From the IMG/VR virus record IMGVR_UViG_3300036546_000216, positions 1-53,668 of that record: 53,668 nucleotides of DNA; one strand, written 5' to 3'. Made by a program: the position numbers and the translations under genes. Origin of the DNA: a virus (taxonomy: Duplodnaviria; Caudoviricetes). Below are positions 24,565-34,483 of the stretch, piece by piece (position 1 is the first letter of the stretch; every line of letters starts with the position of its first letter). Under the pieces are notes generated by a model. It saw only the letters and a program-made list of their open reading frames with translations, was not told the origin of the DNA and made no database searches.

Positions 24565-25422
24565 ATGTCACAGGAAGCATTGGGAAAGAAGGAACAGGGA
24601 CACGCCATCGAGGCAAGGGTGATGAACAAGAGTGAGGGCAACAACGCCCTTTCCAGGAACTCGCAGAACGCAAGCATCTATCTGCCGGACACCAAGAGCG
24701 ACGCTTACAAGTTCGCCATGTCGTTCGCAAATTCGATGTTCTGCCCGAAGGTGTACCAAGGCAAGCCGGATGATGTGTATCTTGCCATGGCTTATGGCGC
24801 ACAGATTGGGTTGAACCCTCTCCTTGCTGTACAGAACATCGCTGTGGTCAACGGAAGGCCATCCGTGTACGGCGATGCCATGACAGCCATCGTGATGGGC
24901 CATCCAGAGACACAGGCATACGAGGACGGCTACAAGGAAGATGGAACCGCCTACTGCAAGATAACCAGAAAGGGCAAGACCGTCTACCGTGAGTTCTCCG
25001 AGGCCATGGCTCGCAGGGCAGGGTTGTGGGGTAAGGATATCTGGTCGAAATACCCCGAGCGTATGTTGCTTTGGAGAGCAAAGGGCAACGCCATCCGTGA
25101 CCTCTATGCTGATGTGCTCATGGGCATGTGGTCTGTGGAGGAAGCAAGGGATATGCCACAGAGCATCGAGGAAGAGATATTGAATGTCACTCCCATAGAA
25201 GGTGCCCCCGAGAAAAAACAAGAGGACAAGCCCAAGCAAGAAGCTCTTGGAAAGAAGGCTGAGAATACAGAGAATAGCAAGAAGGCTGACAAACCCAAGA
25301 AAGAGCCTAAATCCCCTACAATAGAATCTGACAACAGTCCGAAGTCGGAACAACATAAAGAACCAGAACAAGGTACCGACCTTGCTGGGATGTTCGATTC
25401 AGACGGAGCAGAAGCGTTCTAG
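24565..25422 (+). CDS. RecT-like ssDNA annealing protein
   Basis: PKVYQGKPDD, GLNPLLAVQNIAVVNGRP, WSKYPERML. Confidence 0.8.
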   Translation: MSQEALGKKEQGHAIEARVMNKSEGNNALSRNSQNASIYLPDTKSDAYKFAMSFANSMFCPKVYQGKPDDVYLAMAYGAQIGLNPLLAVQNIAVVNGRPSVYGDAMTAIVMGHPETQAYEDGYKEDGTAYCKITRKGKTVYREFSEAMARRAGLWGKDIWSKYPERMLLWRAKGNAIRDLYADVLMGMWSVEEARDMPQSIEEEILNVTPIEGAPEKKQEDKPKQEALGKKAENTENSKKADKPKKEPKSPTIESDNSPKSEQHKEPEQGTDLAGMFDSDGAEAF

Positions 25423-25431
25423 GAGGTTTGC

Positions 25432-25728
25432 ATGCAACAACAGCAACTCACCTTTGACCTGACGGTGGGGCCATTGCCTGTGGCCCCAAAACAGGAGGTC
25501 TATGCACTGGAGGTCAAGTGGCTTGACAAGGTTCCTGTTGGACGCAAGTTCCATCCGAATGAGATTCGGGAACATATCATGGCGGTTACAGGCCATAAGA
25601 AGCAACCTGATGGGGGAACCATCACCCGTTACATCAGAAAGTACAACGAGCAGGGTGGTCACATTGAGAACACGTCAAGGTCAAGGTCAACCTACGTGAA
25701 AACCGAGGAAAGGAAGGTAAACCAATGA
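25432..25728 (+). CDS. Hypothetical, possibly winged-helix protein
   Basis: GGAGG RBS; PDGGTITRYIR. Confidence 0.65.
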   Translation: MQQQQLTFDLTVGPLPVAPKQEVYALEVKWLDKVPVGRKFHPNEIREHIMAVTGHKKQPDGGTITRYIRKYNEQGGHIENTSRSRSTYVKTEERKVNQ

Positions 25729-26099
25729 GCAGAAAAGCTACATTCGCATTATTCACAAGAAGCAGTGGGGGCACAAGGGCTGAGCGCCGTCGCATGGCAA
25801 GAGCCATCTACAGGGCAGCCAAGTCACCGTTCGGCAACCACCAGAGCCGTTTCGCGGAGTCGAGGGCTATGCGTAGGATGCCCGATGAGAAGTTTGCTGC
25901 AAAGAAAGACAAGTTCACGAACAAGCGCGTATCCATCCGTCAGTACACCAAGGGTTGGCTGTTCAATGACAGCACTCCGTATACCACCCATCTCCCCAAG
26001 TCTGTCCGCAAGGGTAAGACGTACCTGGAAATACAGAGGCTCCGCAAGAAGCAATTCAATGCTGAACGCAAAAGGGCAATGCTCGCCAAGGTCATCTAG
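25725..26099 (+). CDS. Highly basic hypothetical protein
   Basis: ATGA coupling, R/K-rich. Confidence 0.6.
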   Translation: MSRKATFALFTRSSGGTRAERRRMARAIYRAAKSPFGNHQSRFAESRAMRRMPDEKFAAKKDKFTNKRVSIRQYTKGWLFNDSTPYTTHLPKSVRKGKTYLEIQRLRKKQFNAERKRAMLAKVI

Positions 26100-26105
26100 G
26101 CCGGT

Positions 26106-26151
26106 GGGACGGGTGTCAGGCACCTCGGCAGGCTCAATCCCTGCCCGTCCT
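26106..26151 (+). ncRNA. tRNA-like minihelix element
   Basis: GGGACGG/CCGTCCT 7-bp stem stacked on GCAGG-CTCAATC-CCTGC. Confidence 0.4.
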
Positions 26152-26179
26152 GTAAATCAATTTTATTTGGAGGAACATC

Positions 26180-26446
26180 ATGATTGGAGGAACCATTCAT
26201 TTCAGCCAGAGTACCAGTACCGAAAGGCCGTTGCATTGTGGCAAGATTCGCAAGTCACCACGCACAGAGAAATTGCTTGAGCTGGTCAGGTTCTATGGGC
26301 GCATCGAGCTGCGTGACCTTGCAGAGCTCATGGGCATCAGTGTAGAACTCGCCCGCAGTTCTGTGGAACATGCCACGTTTGCAGAAGGCTCACGGATATA
26401 CGACGAGAAGATCAAGGGTGTGACCGTCATCGGGTGGATGGAGTAG
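26180..26446 (+). CDS. Small HTH protein
   Basis: LRDLAELMGISVELAR. Confidence 0.65.
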   Translation: MIGGTIHFSQSTSTERPLHCGKIRKSPRTEKLLELVRFYGRIELRDLAELMGISVELARSSVEHATFAEGSRIYDEKIKGVTVIGWME

Positions 26447-26448
26447 GT

Positions 26449-26529
26449 ATGCGATATTTAAGCCTATTCAGCGGCATAGATGCCGCTATGGTAACACCGA
26501 GTGACGACGGGCAATTAAGCCTGTTTTAG
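26449..26529 (+). pseudogene. Internally deleted C5-cytosine DNA methyltransferase remnant (26 aa)
   Basis: MRYLSLFSGIDAA (motif I) joined in frame to ...GQLSLF*. Confidence 0.65.
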
Positions 26530-26539
26530 GAATGGTAAA

Positions 26540-27358
26540 ATGGCAACAAATGATATGCGTTTGAGCCTTGATTTCGTAGACCATCCGAAGGTACGAAAGC
26601 TCATCCGTAAAGCAGGTTATGAAGGCTTTTTTAGTCTGCTGAAATTGTTCTCTATGGCAGGCAAAATCTACCAGAAAGGGGTGCTCAAGGACCTTGAATC
26701 AGAGGACATTGAAGCTCTCTGTGACTGGCATGGAGAGGATGGAAAATTCGTAGATTCTATGGTAGAGGCAGGGTTCCTTGAAAAATTTGAAAAATGGTAC
26801 AAAATTCACGATTGGGAACAGCATCAACCTTGGATTTACCACTCAGAGGTGCGTAGCGAACAAGCAAAAAACGCCGCTAGAGCACGCTGGAATGCGGTAA
26901 GCATGCCCGACGCATGCGCTGAGCATGCGGAACGCAATGCCCCATCTCCTATTCCTACTCCTATTCCTACTCCTATTCCTAAGAATAAGAAACAACATGT
27001 CGATGATGAATCGGTGAGATTGGCAACCATGCTTCTGGAGAAATCCAGAGTGTATGACCCAAAGATCGCTATCGGGAAAGACAAGCAAACCATCACCTCT
27101 TGGTCGAGGGATATTGAGAAGTTGATCCGTATTGACAAACGAACCCCGGAAGAGGTTGAGGCGGTCATTCTTTGGTGCAAGAGCAAGGGCAATTTCTGGA
27201 TACCGAATATCATGAGCGGGAAGAAGCTGAGAGAGAAGTTCCCGACCCTGTTTGCACAGATGAACACAAGGGGATCCAAGGGTCAGAAATCACTAAGTAG
27301 ATATTCAAGTGAGAGTGGTTCTCTCAACTCATCACCCGACGATTACAACAGCTTGTGA
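26540..27358 (+). CDS. Replication initiator / replisome organiser
   Basis: DHPKV, IHDWEQHQP, C-terminal FW.PNIMS..KLREKF; internal repeats; upstream of a DnaC-like gene. Confidence 0.8.
   Translation: MATNDMRLSLDFVDHPKVRKLIRKAGYEGFFSLLKLFSMAGKIYQKGVLKDLESEDIEALCDWHGEDGKFVDSMVEAGFLEKFEKWYKIHDWEQHQPWIYHSEVRSEQAKNAARARWNAVSMPDACAEHAERNAPSPIPTPIPTPIPKNKKQHVDDESVRLATMLLEKSRVYDPKIAIGKDKQTITSWSRDIEKLIRIDKRTPEEVEAVILWCKSKGNFWIPNIMSGKKLREKFPTLFAQMNTRGSKGQKSLSRYSSESGSLNSSPDDYNSL
26893..26982. repeat. Candidate origin repeats inside the initiator gene
   Basis: GCATGC three times plus GCAATGC at 11-12 bp spacing, then CTCCTATTCCTA three times. Confidence 0.55.
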
Positions 27359-27366
27359 GGGTAGCT

Positions 27367-28041
27367 ATGAACAAAGTCCACTTGATTGACAACATGGAAT
27401 TTATGAAGGGCGTACCAGACAAGTATTATGAGTTGGCGATTGTTGACCCGCCGTATGGGATTGGGGAGGATGGGCTGAAAAACCACTCAAGAGAAAATCT
27501 AGCAAGACCAACCATGTATATTCCAAAAAATTGGGATAGAAAATCACCTGACAAAAAATATTTTGACGAACTAATAAGAGTCTCAGAGAATCAAATCATA
27601 TTTGGAGCAAACCACTTCATAAGCAAAATTCCATATGACTCATCATGTTGGATTGTTTGGGACAAAGAAAACAGCGGTGATTTTGCTGACTGTGAATTGG
27701 CGTGGACGAGTTTTAATACTGCAGTAAGGAAGTTTTCATTTATGTGGAATGGAATGTTGCAGGGTGATATGAAAAATAAAGAACAACGCATCCACCCCAC
27801 CCAAAAACCCGTAGCATTATACAAGTGGCTTCTCAAAAACTACGCTAAACCCAACGACAAGATATTCGACTCTCATGTTGGCTCCGGTTCAATCCGTATT
27901 GCTTGCCACGACATGGGATTTTCATTTGAAGGTTGCGAGATTGACAAGGACTATTGGAAGGCGCAAGAAGAGCGTTTTAATACACACATAAGTCAATTAG
28001 ACCTAATGACTCCAGAGTTTTTGTTTGGGGGTAAAGTATGA
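27367..28041 (+). CDS. N6-adenine/N4-cytosine DNA methyltransferase (beta class)
   Basis: DPPY, HPTQKP, DSHVGSGS. Confidence 0.9.
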   Translation: MNKVHLIDNMEFMKGVPDKYYELAIVDPPYGIGEDGLKNHSRENLARPTMYIPKNWDRKSPDKKYFDELIRVSENQIIFGANHFISKIPYDSSCWIVWDKENSGDFADCELAWTSFNTAVRKFSFMWNGMLQGDMKNKEQRIHPTQKPVALYKWLLKNYAKPNDKIFDSHVGSGSIRIACHDMGFSFEGCEIDKDYWKAQEERFNTHISQLDLMTPEFLFGGKV

Positions 28042-28724
28042 AATCAGACTTCAGAAGCATGATCGACGAATTGAAGCTCAAGTACCAGGAAAACCAAGTC
28101 CCAGAGGACGGGAAACCTGCGACCGTTGCGTCTGTACCCATCACCCTAGAAGAGCTTCGCATCTCCCATTTCCCCGAGCGCTACAAGGATGCCTCATTCG
28201 ATGGCTACCTGTTCTACGGTACTGATGCACAGAAGGCGGCACAGAGAAGGCTTGTCGAGTGTCTGCGCCGTGGGTTGCCTGTGGTGATGTACGGGAACAA
28301 CGGGACGGGTAAGACCCATCTTGCATACGCATCGATGAGAAACCAGATACTTCAGGGCAAAGAAGCGGTGTACGCCTCGCTGACCGACATCATCGAGGAG
28401 ATCAAGCAGGGGTTCGGCAACAACGTACCCACCTCAAGGATCCTCGACAAGTACATCGGCTACGATTATCTGGTAATCGACGAGATGGACAAGGCGTACG
28501 GAAGCCCAACCGAGTTCCTGAACATCTTCAAGATAGTCAACGGGCGTTACATGGCGAAGCTGCCCACAGTCCTCATCTCGAATGCGTCGAAGGAGGATGT
28601 GATGGAGATAGTCGGCAAGAGTTCATTCGAGCGTATCGGTGAGGATGGCATTGCAGTGCATATGGATTGGCCCAGTTTCCGTATACGGAGCGTGGCAAGG
28701 GAAGCTGGAAAGGAGGACAGATGA
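28038..28724 (+). CDS. DnaC/IstB-like helicase loader ATPase
   Basis: GNNGTGKT, LVIDEMD, TVLISN. Confidence 0.88.
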   Translation: MKSDFRSMIDELKLKYQENQVPEDGKPATVASVPITLEELRISHFPERYKDASFDGYLFYGTDAQKAAQRRLVECLRRGLPVVMYGNNGTGKTHLAYASMRNQILQGKEAVYASLTDIIEEIKQGFGNNVPTSRILDKYIGYDYLVIDEMDKAYGSPTEFLNIFKIVNGRYMAKLPTVLISNASKEDVMEIVGKSSFERIGEDGIAVHMDWPSFRIRSVAREAGKEDR

Positions 28725-29116
28725 TTATTGCGGTTGATTTCGATGGGACGCTGGTGAGGCATGACTTCCCGCGTATCGGGGCAGAGGCTCCAGGGGCATT
28801 CGATGTGCTTCGCAGGTTGCAGGCAGACGGGCACCAGCTCATCCTGCTGACGATGAGAAGCGATAAGTATTTGCAGGACGCTGTTGATTTCTGCATGGAG
28901 CGTGGGGTGAGATTCTGGGCGGTGAACAGCAACCCGGAGCAAGGTTCTTGGACATCAAGCCCGAAGGTATACGCACAACTCTACATCGACGACATGGCGC
29001 TCGGTGTCCCAATGAATGACGGGACAGTGGATTGGTATGTGGTTGAGCAATGGCTCTATGGTGGAGCTTTGGATACATCCTACAAGCATGTCATCCACGC
29101 AAAGGGGGAGTGCTGA
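28721..29116 (+). CDS. HAD-family phosphatase
   Basis: IIAVDFDGTL, SPKVYA.LYIDD. Confidence 0.85.
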   Translation: MIIAVDFDGTLVRHDFPRIGAEAPGAFDVLRRLQADGHQLILLTMRSDKYLQDAVDFCMERGVRFWAVNSNPEQGSWTSSPKVYAQLYIDDMALGVPMNDGTVDWYVVEQWLYGGALDTSYKHVIHAKGEC

Positions 29117-29424
29117 TGGCGAAACCGATCAACAGCGGGTATGTGGGCCACAAGATGAGCAAACGGGCCTACAGCGCGATACAGCATGGCGAGATACCGC
29201 TTTCCATGCTTACAAACAGGAAGTTGCAGAGGGCGGGCGTATACCATAGCCTCAGTTTCGTAAAGTGGATGTGCAAGAAGGGATACATTAGGCCGACAAG
29301 CAGGCACCATCGTGGGAATCCACCGATACTCACAAGGTTCTACCACCCGAAGCGCATAGCGAGGCAGCTTGAGGACCTACCAGTGGAAAGATTGTTGGAG
29401 GAGTGGAAAGCATGTCGGAAGTGA
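29116..29424 (+). CDS. Hypothetical protein
   Basis: GYVGHKMSKRA..A...GEIPLS motif. Confidence 0.65.
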   Translation: MAKPINSGYVGHKMSKRAYSAIQHGEIPLSMLTNRKLQRAGVYHSLSFVKWMCKKGYIRPTSRHHRGNPPILTRFYHPKRIARQLEDLPVERLLEEWKACRK

Positions 29425-29843
29425 TGATTGTGGTACCTGGTGAGCCGATAGCGCAGGGAAGGCCGAAGTTCTCAACCAGAGGTGGAGTATTTCGCGCCTA
29501 TGACCCGCCAGACAGCAGGGACTATAAAGATTACGTCAAAATGCTTGCGATGCAGTGGTGGGGCAGGAAACCACCAATGGAGGGAGCTTTGAGTCTTTCC
29601 GTGAAGGTCTATCGCAGTGTTCCGACCTCATGGAGTGGCAAGCGAAAGCGGATGGCGTATGCAGGGCAGCTTCGGCCTGTGACGAAGCCAGACACAGATA
29701 ACTATGTCAAGGGTGCACTTGATGCACTTGAGGGAATCGTGTTCAAGAATGACAGTCAGGTGGTCGAGTACAAAGAGCCGTTCGGCAAGTGGTACAGCGA
29801 CAATCCGAGAATGGAAATTGAAGTGAAGGAGATTGAAGGATGA
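29412..29843 (+). CDS. rusA: RusA-like Holliday junction resolvase
   Basis: QGRPKF, KPDTDNYVK..LDAL, NDSQVV. Confidence 0.9.
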   Translation: MSEVMIVVPGEPIAQGRPKFSTRGGVFRAYDPPDSRDYKDYVKMLAMQWWGRKPPMEGALSLSVKVYRSVPTSWSGKRKRMAYAGQLRPVTKPDTDNYVKGALDALEGIVFKNDSQVVEYKEPFGKWYSDNPRMEIEVKEIEG

Positions 29844-30532
29844 AAGAACGACCAATAATCATGGGTGCTGAATCGGTTCGGGCGATACTCGAAGAACGCA
29901 AGACGCAGACTAGGCGGGTGATTGATCCACACAAATATAATATTGGTGAATGGGATATGCCTGTATCGAAATCAGACGTAGAAGCAGGATACCCTGTCTA
30001 TCAGGATAATAATGGAGACTTTCACAGTGTTGTGGAGCGATGTCCATACGGCAAGGTTGGCGACCGATTGTGGGTGAGGGAGACTGTTTTTTTTGAGACT
30101 TTCCATCAGCAATCAGATGCAGAGTTGGAGCGTGATGGATTCAATCCGAATATTGGTGTGTGGGTATATCGTGCGGACAATCATGATTATCCGACGATAA
30201 CGGCTAACTGGACTTCCCCAATGTTCATGCCTAGGGAAGCATCCCGTATCACCCTTGAAATCACTGACATCAGGGTCGAGAGGGTGCAGGACATCAGCGA
30301 AGATGATGCGATTGCTGAGGGGACAAGAAAAGACCTTGATGGATGGGCTGATTATAGCAAAAAACATGTAAACAACCCAGATTATCCAAAATTTGGGGGC
30401 ATGTGTAGGAAAATCCTAGAAACTGCAACCGAATCATATCGCACTCTCTGGAACTCCCTCAACTCCAAGCGTGGGTATCCGTGGGAAAAGAATCCGTGGG
30501 TGTGGGTGTTGACTTTCAAGGTGGTGCAGTGA
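29840..30532 (+). CDS. ASCH-like phage protein
   Basis: RKTQTRR, GDRLWVRET, MPREASRI, NPWVWV. Confidence 0.8.
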   Translation: MKERPIIMGAESVRAILEERKTQTRRVIDPHKYNIGEWDMPVSKSDVEAGYPVYQDNNGDFHSVVERCPYGKVGDRLWVRETVFFETFHQQSDAELERDGFNPNIGVWVYRADNHDYPTITANWTSPMFMPREASRITLEITDIRVERVQDISEDDAIAEGTRKDLDGWADYSKKHVNNPDYPKFGGMCRKILETATESYRTLWNSLNSKRGYPWEKNPWVWVLTFKVVQ

Positions 30533-31119
30533 TGCCAGAAGTTTCCTTTGAGGGACAGAAATCCAACTATATCTTCGGGTATTCCCCAAGGGAAGAACCA
30601 ATACCCGAGGGTTGGGTGAAAACGTTAAGGCCATGTGCGGAGTGCCGTTCTGAGTACACGTACATCGACACAAAGAAAGTCTGGCACTGCATGCGGTGCG
30701 GATGGAGGAGTGATACGGATATGAAATATTCAGACGAGGAAGTTGCGTTGATCGTGGAGAAGAAAAGCGAGGGTTGTTCAAACAGGGAGATTGCCTCAAT
30801 GCTTCACAGGGATGTGGATACGGTGAACCAGAAAATATTCCAGTTGCGCAAAAAAGGAATATTGGGCGGTCCTGTGGACAAAGCGAAACAGAAGGATGTT
30901 GTTGAGCAGAAAGCTGTGAGCAAGGTATTCACAGAGATCAAGAACACATTCAAAGCCACTGCGGTCGAGAAAACCGTCAGGCAGGACAATGACCCACTCT
31001 GCAATGCCTTGCTTGCGGCAAAAAGCATCGGCTTGTCCCTTATCTCGGCATGTGTGAGTGAATCCACGGCAACACTGGTGTTCACACTCGACCTGGAAGA
31101 GAAAGGGGGTATCGCATGA
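30532..31119 (+). CDS. Zinc-ribbon plus HTH protein
   Basis: CAEC...CMRC; SNREIASMLHRD. Confidence 0.65.
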   Translation: MPEVSFEGQKSNYIFGYSPREEPIPEGWVKTLRPCAECRSEYTYIDTKKVWHCMRCGWRSDTDMKYSDEEVALIVEKKSEGCSNREIASMLHRDVDTVNQKIFQLRKKGILGGPVDKAKQKDVVEQKAVSKVFTEIKNTFKATAVEKTVRQDNDPLCNALLAAKSIGLSLISACVSESTATLVFTLDLEEKGGIA

Positions 31120-31391
31120 ACAGGAGATTCATGACACAGGAGCAGATTGAGCATGAGTTGCAGACCAATGAGGCGGTGTTTGTGATGCGTCCACTCATGA
31201 TACCGGTCTGCAAGGTGGTGATGACGGTTGCATCTCCGTTTTTGAGCATGGACCAGCTTGAATCACTTGCCATGTGGTTTGCGAAGCGTTCCCATTACCT
31301 CAAGGTTGGCAAGCTGCATTATGGCTGGCGTGATTTCGATTGCGTGAATGAGATTTACAAGCAACAGTTGGAGGGCAATTATGGCGAGTGA
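31116..31391 (+). CDS. Hypothetical protein
   Basis: ATGA coupling. Confidence 0.6.
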   Translation: MNRRFMTQEQIEHELQTNEAVFVMRPLMIPVCKVVMTVASPFLSMDQLESLAMWFAKRSHYLKVGKLHYGWRDFDCVNEIYKQQLEGNYGE

Positions 31392-31836
31392 TTTGAACAT
31401 GGTGGCGTTGACGGGAAGGCTGACGAGGGATTCAGAGCTTCGATACACGAATAACAGCATGGCGATTGCCAAATTCAGCATCGCTGTGAACAGGAGGACC
31501 AAGAAAGGCGACCAGTGGACTGAAGAGGCTTCATTCTTCGATTGCTCCATGTTCGGCAAGAGCGCCGAGGGTGTGAACCAGTACCTCACCAAGGGCACGC
31601 AGGTGGCGATCAACGCAGAGCTCAGGCAGGAGCGTTGGGAGCAGGATGGGCAGAATAGGAGCAAGGTTGCATTGGTAGTAAACTCCCTTACGCTCCTGGG
31701 AAGCCCACAAGGGGCCCAGAATCAAAGCGTGGCGTATCAGAGGGATAATCCTTCACCGAGGCAGACATCGTACAGTGCGAGGCCAGCAGACATCGGTGGA
31801 CCTGAACAGTTCGATGATGATTCTATACCGTTCTAG
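31381..31836 (+). CDS. ssb: Single-stranded DNA-binding protein
   Basis: LTGRLTRD.ELRYT; acidic tail DDDSIPF. Confidence 0.95.
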   Translation: MASDLNMVALTGRLTRDSELRYTNNSMAIAKFSIAVNRRTKKGDQWTEEASFFDCSMFGKSAEGVNQYLTKGTQVAINAELRQERWEQDGQNRSKVALVVNSLTLLGSPQGAQNQSVAYQRDNPSPRQTSYSARPADIGGPEQFDDDSIPF

Positions 31837-31845
31837 GAGAAAAAA

Positions 31846-32076
31846 ATGAAAGGAAAGATTGATAAGTACGGGACTTTGTATATCGAGCGTGCTGGAAAAA
31901 TGAAGGACCAACTTTGCCCTTATGCCTCAGAGTGTGGTTCCCCCATTCCATGTAGCGATACGTGCCCGCTGTTCGGTGAGCCAAGACCAGAGACTGGCAC
32001 AGCAAGTGCCATACTCGATTTGTGCCAAGGGAAGAAGTTGTTCTTTGATAAGTTCACAGATGAAAGGGAGGCTTAA
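31846..32076 (+). CDS. Cys-containing hypothetical protein
   Basis: AGGAG RBS; CP...C...CPLFGEP. Confidence 0.65.
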   Translation: MKGKIDKYGTLYIERAGKMKDQLCPYASECGSPIPCSDTCPLFGEPRPETGTASAILDLCQGKKLFFDKFTDEREA

Positions 32077-32077
32077 T

Positions 32078-32515
32078 TTGGATAGATGTTTAACCAAAGA
32101 TGGCTATGAACAACTACTGGACGACCTCGCAAGTGCAAACGTACCAGTGGAGCAGACAAAGGAGAAGTTGATGAACGCTTTTGATTTGATTAGCAAAGCC
32201 TTGGAAGGTTCCGAGGCAGGCCACGACCCTGTGAAAAAAGGTAAGCTGGAGTACCATCGGTTGCCTCCCGAGCAACTCGCCGGGATGGCGAAAATCATGA
32301 ACGACGGTGAGGCGAGCCATCCCGTCGGGTACATGGACTGTAATCCGTTGGACTATTGGAATGCCCTTGAGAGGCACACCATGGCAATCCGCAGGGGTGA
32401 GCTGGTCGATCCCGACGATGGCATGAGCCACGCACTGCATGTTGCTTGCAACGGCATGATTCTCGACAGGATGTTGGAAGCAGGTAAGAAGTTAGTGTTC
32501 GAGAAGGAGAAATAA
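32078..32515 (+). CDS. dATP/dGTP diphosphohydrolase-like protein (DUF5664-like)
   Basis: NALERH, GELVDPDDGMSHALHVACNGMIL. Confidence 0.7.
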   Translation: MDRCLTKDGYEQLLDDLASANVPVEQTKEKLMNAFDLISKALEGSEAGHDPVKKGKLEYHRLPPEQLAGMAKIMNDGEASHPVGYMDCNPLDYWNALERHTMAIRRGELVDPDDGMSHALHVACNGMILDRMLEAGKKLVFEKEK

Positions 32516-34483
32516 TCACATCCCCAGATTCGATTTGAACGTTTGGCGACCAAGGTAACGCTTGGCCGCTATTTTTTTGCCTGAGATGCCGTTTGCGAGT
32601 GCGTTCAGTTTCGCCTCATGGGCGTCGTAGTCCTCTTTCTTCCATCCCGGAACGCCCGAGTAGTACCACATCGCCATGTTGTACACGTGGACGTCTATTG
32701 CCTCGTTGCGCTTGTTGTGGCTGTCCCAATAACCTTTCCTGCCACGACTGCCTGGCACGTATTCCTCGACGGTGAGCTGGGTGAACACCTCGGGAGGATA
32801 GTCCTCGCAGAACATGCACACAGCACCCTCATCGCTGTAGGCAAGCCTGAAGTTGGAGTACGCCTCCCCCTTGAGCTTGGATACGCCTACATCACGATAC
32901 ATGACATGCTTCACCACACCACCGGGGTAGGTCATCTTGGAAATCTTGAGGTCAGAGATGGCGGCGTTCTGCCTGTCAACACCACGCACGGGTATGACAC
33001 GCTCGCACTTGGGGTCAACCGACTCGGCGAACGCCTGCACAACCTCTGGGATGTACGAGCGGTCGATTGCGTTGAAGGCCACACCAAGTTCCAAGCCATC
33101 CTCCCGAAGATACATCGTATTGAGCACCTTATCGCGGTATTCCTTCCAGCAGTTTGCGTTGAGGTCCTTGGTGGTCTTTCCGGCTTCGCAGGCGAACACA
33201 TAGTGCTCAATGGAGCGTGAGCGCCCATCCCTGCACCAGCCCTTGACCTCTGTTTCCAGTCGGTCGAGCTGCACGTCGGTCCCGCTGGTGAGGAATAGCA
33301 CGTCTTTGGGGAACGAGCCGGCAGAGGTGTACCGCTTGTAGCTGTACTCCCTGCTTCTCGCCCAGAGCATCATCTTCTCTGGGTCAGGACGTGTTGCACT
33401 CTGCTCATACGGCAGTGCGAGGATGTTGTTGTAGAACGAGGTTATCGCCCCGAAGTCACCAAGTTCCTCTGCATCCTGTGCCTTGATGAACGATGAGACG
33501 ATGTTCCGCCATGAGCGGAACGGTGAGTACAGCCCGCTTATCCAGAAGCCCACGGAGGTGGGGTCGGTCTTTTTCGGGTTCGTCGGGATCCATGTCCCAT
33601 TCTCGATGAGCTTGGGCATCATGTACTCGTCGATTCGCTCCCCCGTCTCGGGTATCTCGTACCAGACCTCCTTGACGTCCTGCCCTTCTGCCCTCCAATG
33701 GAATCCCTTCCACTCAAGCTCAAAGAGCGTGCTATTAGGGCTGGTGAGGAAGTAATGCCGTTTGTCTGTGTTCTCGTAGAGTGCCATTATCTGTGACGAG
33801 TTGTTGGAAGGAGTGGAGGATACAACAATCTTCTCACGGCCACGATAGGTTGCGGTACGCTGGTCGGCAAGCTCCTTGCCAGAACCCTTGCCTTGGATGT
33901 TGGGAGGGAAGGCGTCGTACTCATCGAGCCAGACGATGCGGCACATGGTGGACATAAACGATGAGGCGGCCTCGCCGGTGGCACGCTTGAGGAAGCCGCC
34001 GGGGAACTCCTTGAAGTCGGTCGTGCTGCCCGTGGATCCCTTGCGTGCCGTACCGATGAGTTTCTTCAGCCAAGGGTTGTAATCGATCATGGGGTCGATG
34101 CGGGTGCGGACGAACTGCTTGCCCTCTTTCTCGTTCGGGAATCCGATGAGCATGCTGGTTGGGTCGTTCTCAATGTAGTAGCTGATGCCGTTGAGGATAA
34201 TCTGGGTCTTGGACATCTGGGTGCCCGTGACCATGATTATCTCACGTGCAGGGGAGGATGGGGAGCACTCGTCCATCATTTCCTTGGCGTAGGGGGTGAG
34301 GTCGAGACGGTACATGCCTGCGAACTGTGCCGGTGGTGGAATGTAGAGATGGCCGTCCACGAAGTCGCTGATGGTGGACATGGGATTGGGCCGCAACATT
34401 GCCGCGAACGTGGATGCTAGTTCGCTTCTCGCATTGAGGATGCTTTTCTTTGACCTTCTCCCGTTACCGGCTCTTTTCGGCAA
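32516..34483 (-). CDS. terL: Terminase large subunit, lambda gpA family
   Basis: TPYAKEMMD, Walker A-like GTQMSKT, Walker B LDEYD, SSTP, GTDVQ.DRLE, RNEAID. Confidence 0.93.
   Translation of the reverse strand: MPKRAGNGRRSKKSILNARSELASTFAAMLRPNPMSTISDFVDGHLYIPPPAQFAGMYRLDLTPYAKEMMDECSPSSPAREIIMVTGTQMSKTQIILNGISYYIENDPTSMLIGFPNEKEGKQFVRTRIDPMIDYNPWLKKLIGTARKGSTGSTTDFKEFPGGFLKRATGEAASSFMSTMCRIVWLDEYDAFPPNIQGKGSGKELADQRTATYRGREKIVVSSTPSNNSSQIMALYENTDKRHYFLTSPNSTLFELEWKGFHWRAEGQDVKEVWYEIPETGERIDEYMMPKLIENGTWIPTNPKKTDPTSVGFWISGLYSPFRSWRNIVSSFIKAQDAEELGDFGAITSFYNNILALPYEQSATRPDPEKMMLWARSREYSYKRYTSAGSFPKDVLFLTSGTDVQLDRLETEVKGWCRDGRSRSIEHYVFACEAGKTTKDLNANCWKEYRDKVLNTMYLREDGLELGVAFNAIDRSYIPEVVQAFAESVDPKCERVIPVRGVDRQNAAISDLKISKMTYPGGVVKHVMYRDVGVSKLKGEAYSNFRLAYSDEGAVCMFCEDYPPEVFTQLTVEEYVPGSRGRKGYWDSHNKRNEAIDVHVYNMAMWYYSGVPGWKKEDYDAHEAKLNALANGISGKKIAAKRYLGRQTFKSNLGM

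Noticed and set aside
32078-32515. Modified-base (dZ or deazaguanine) pathway implied by the diphosphohydrolase-like gene
   Set aside because: No PurZ, DpdA, Que genes or phage DNA polymerase in the window.
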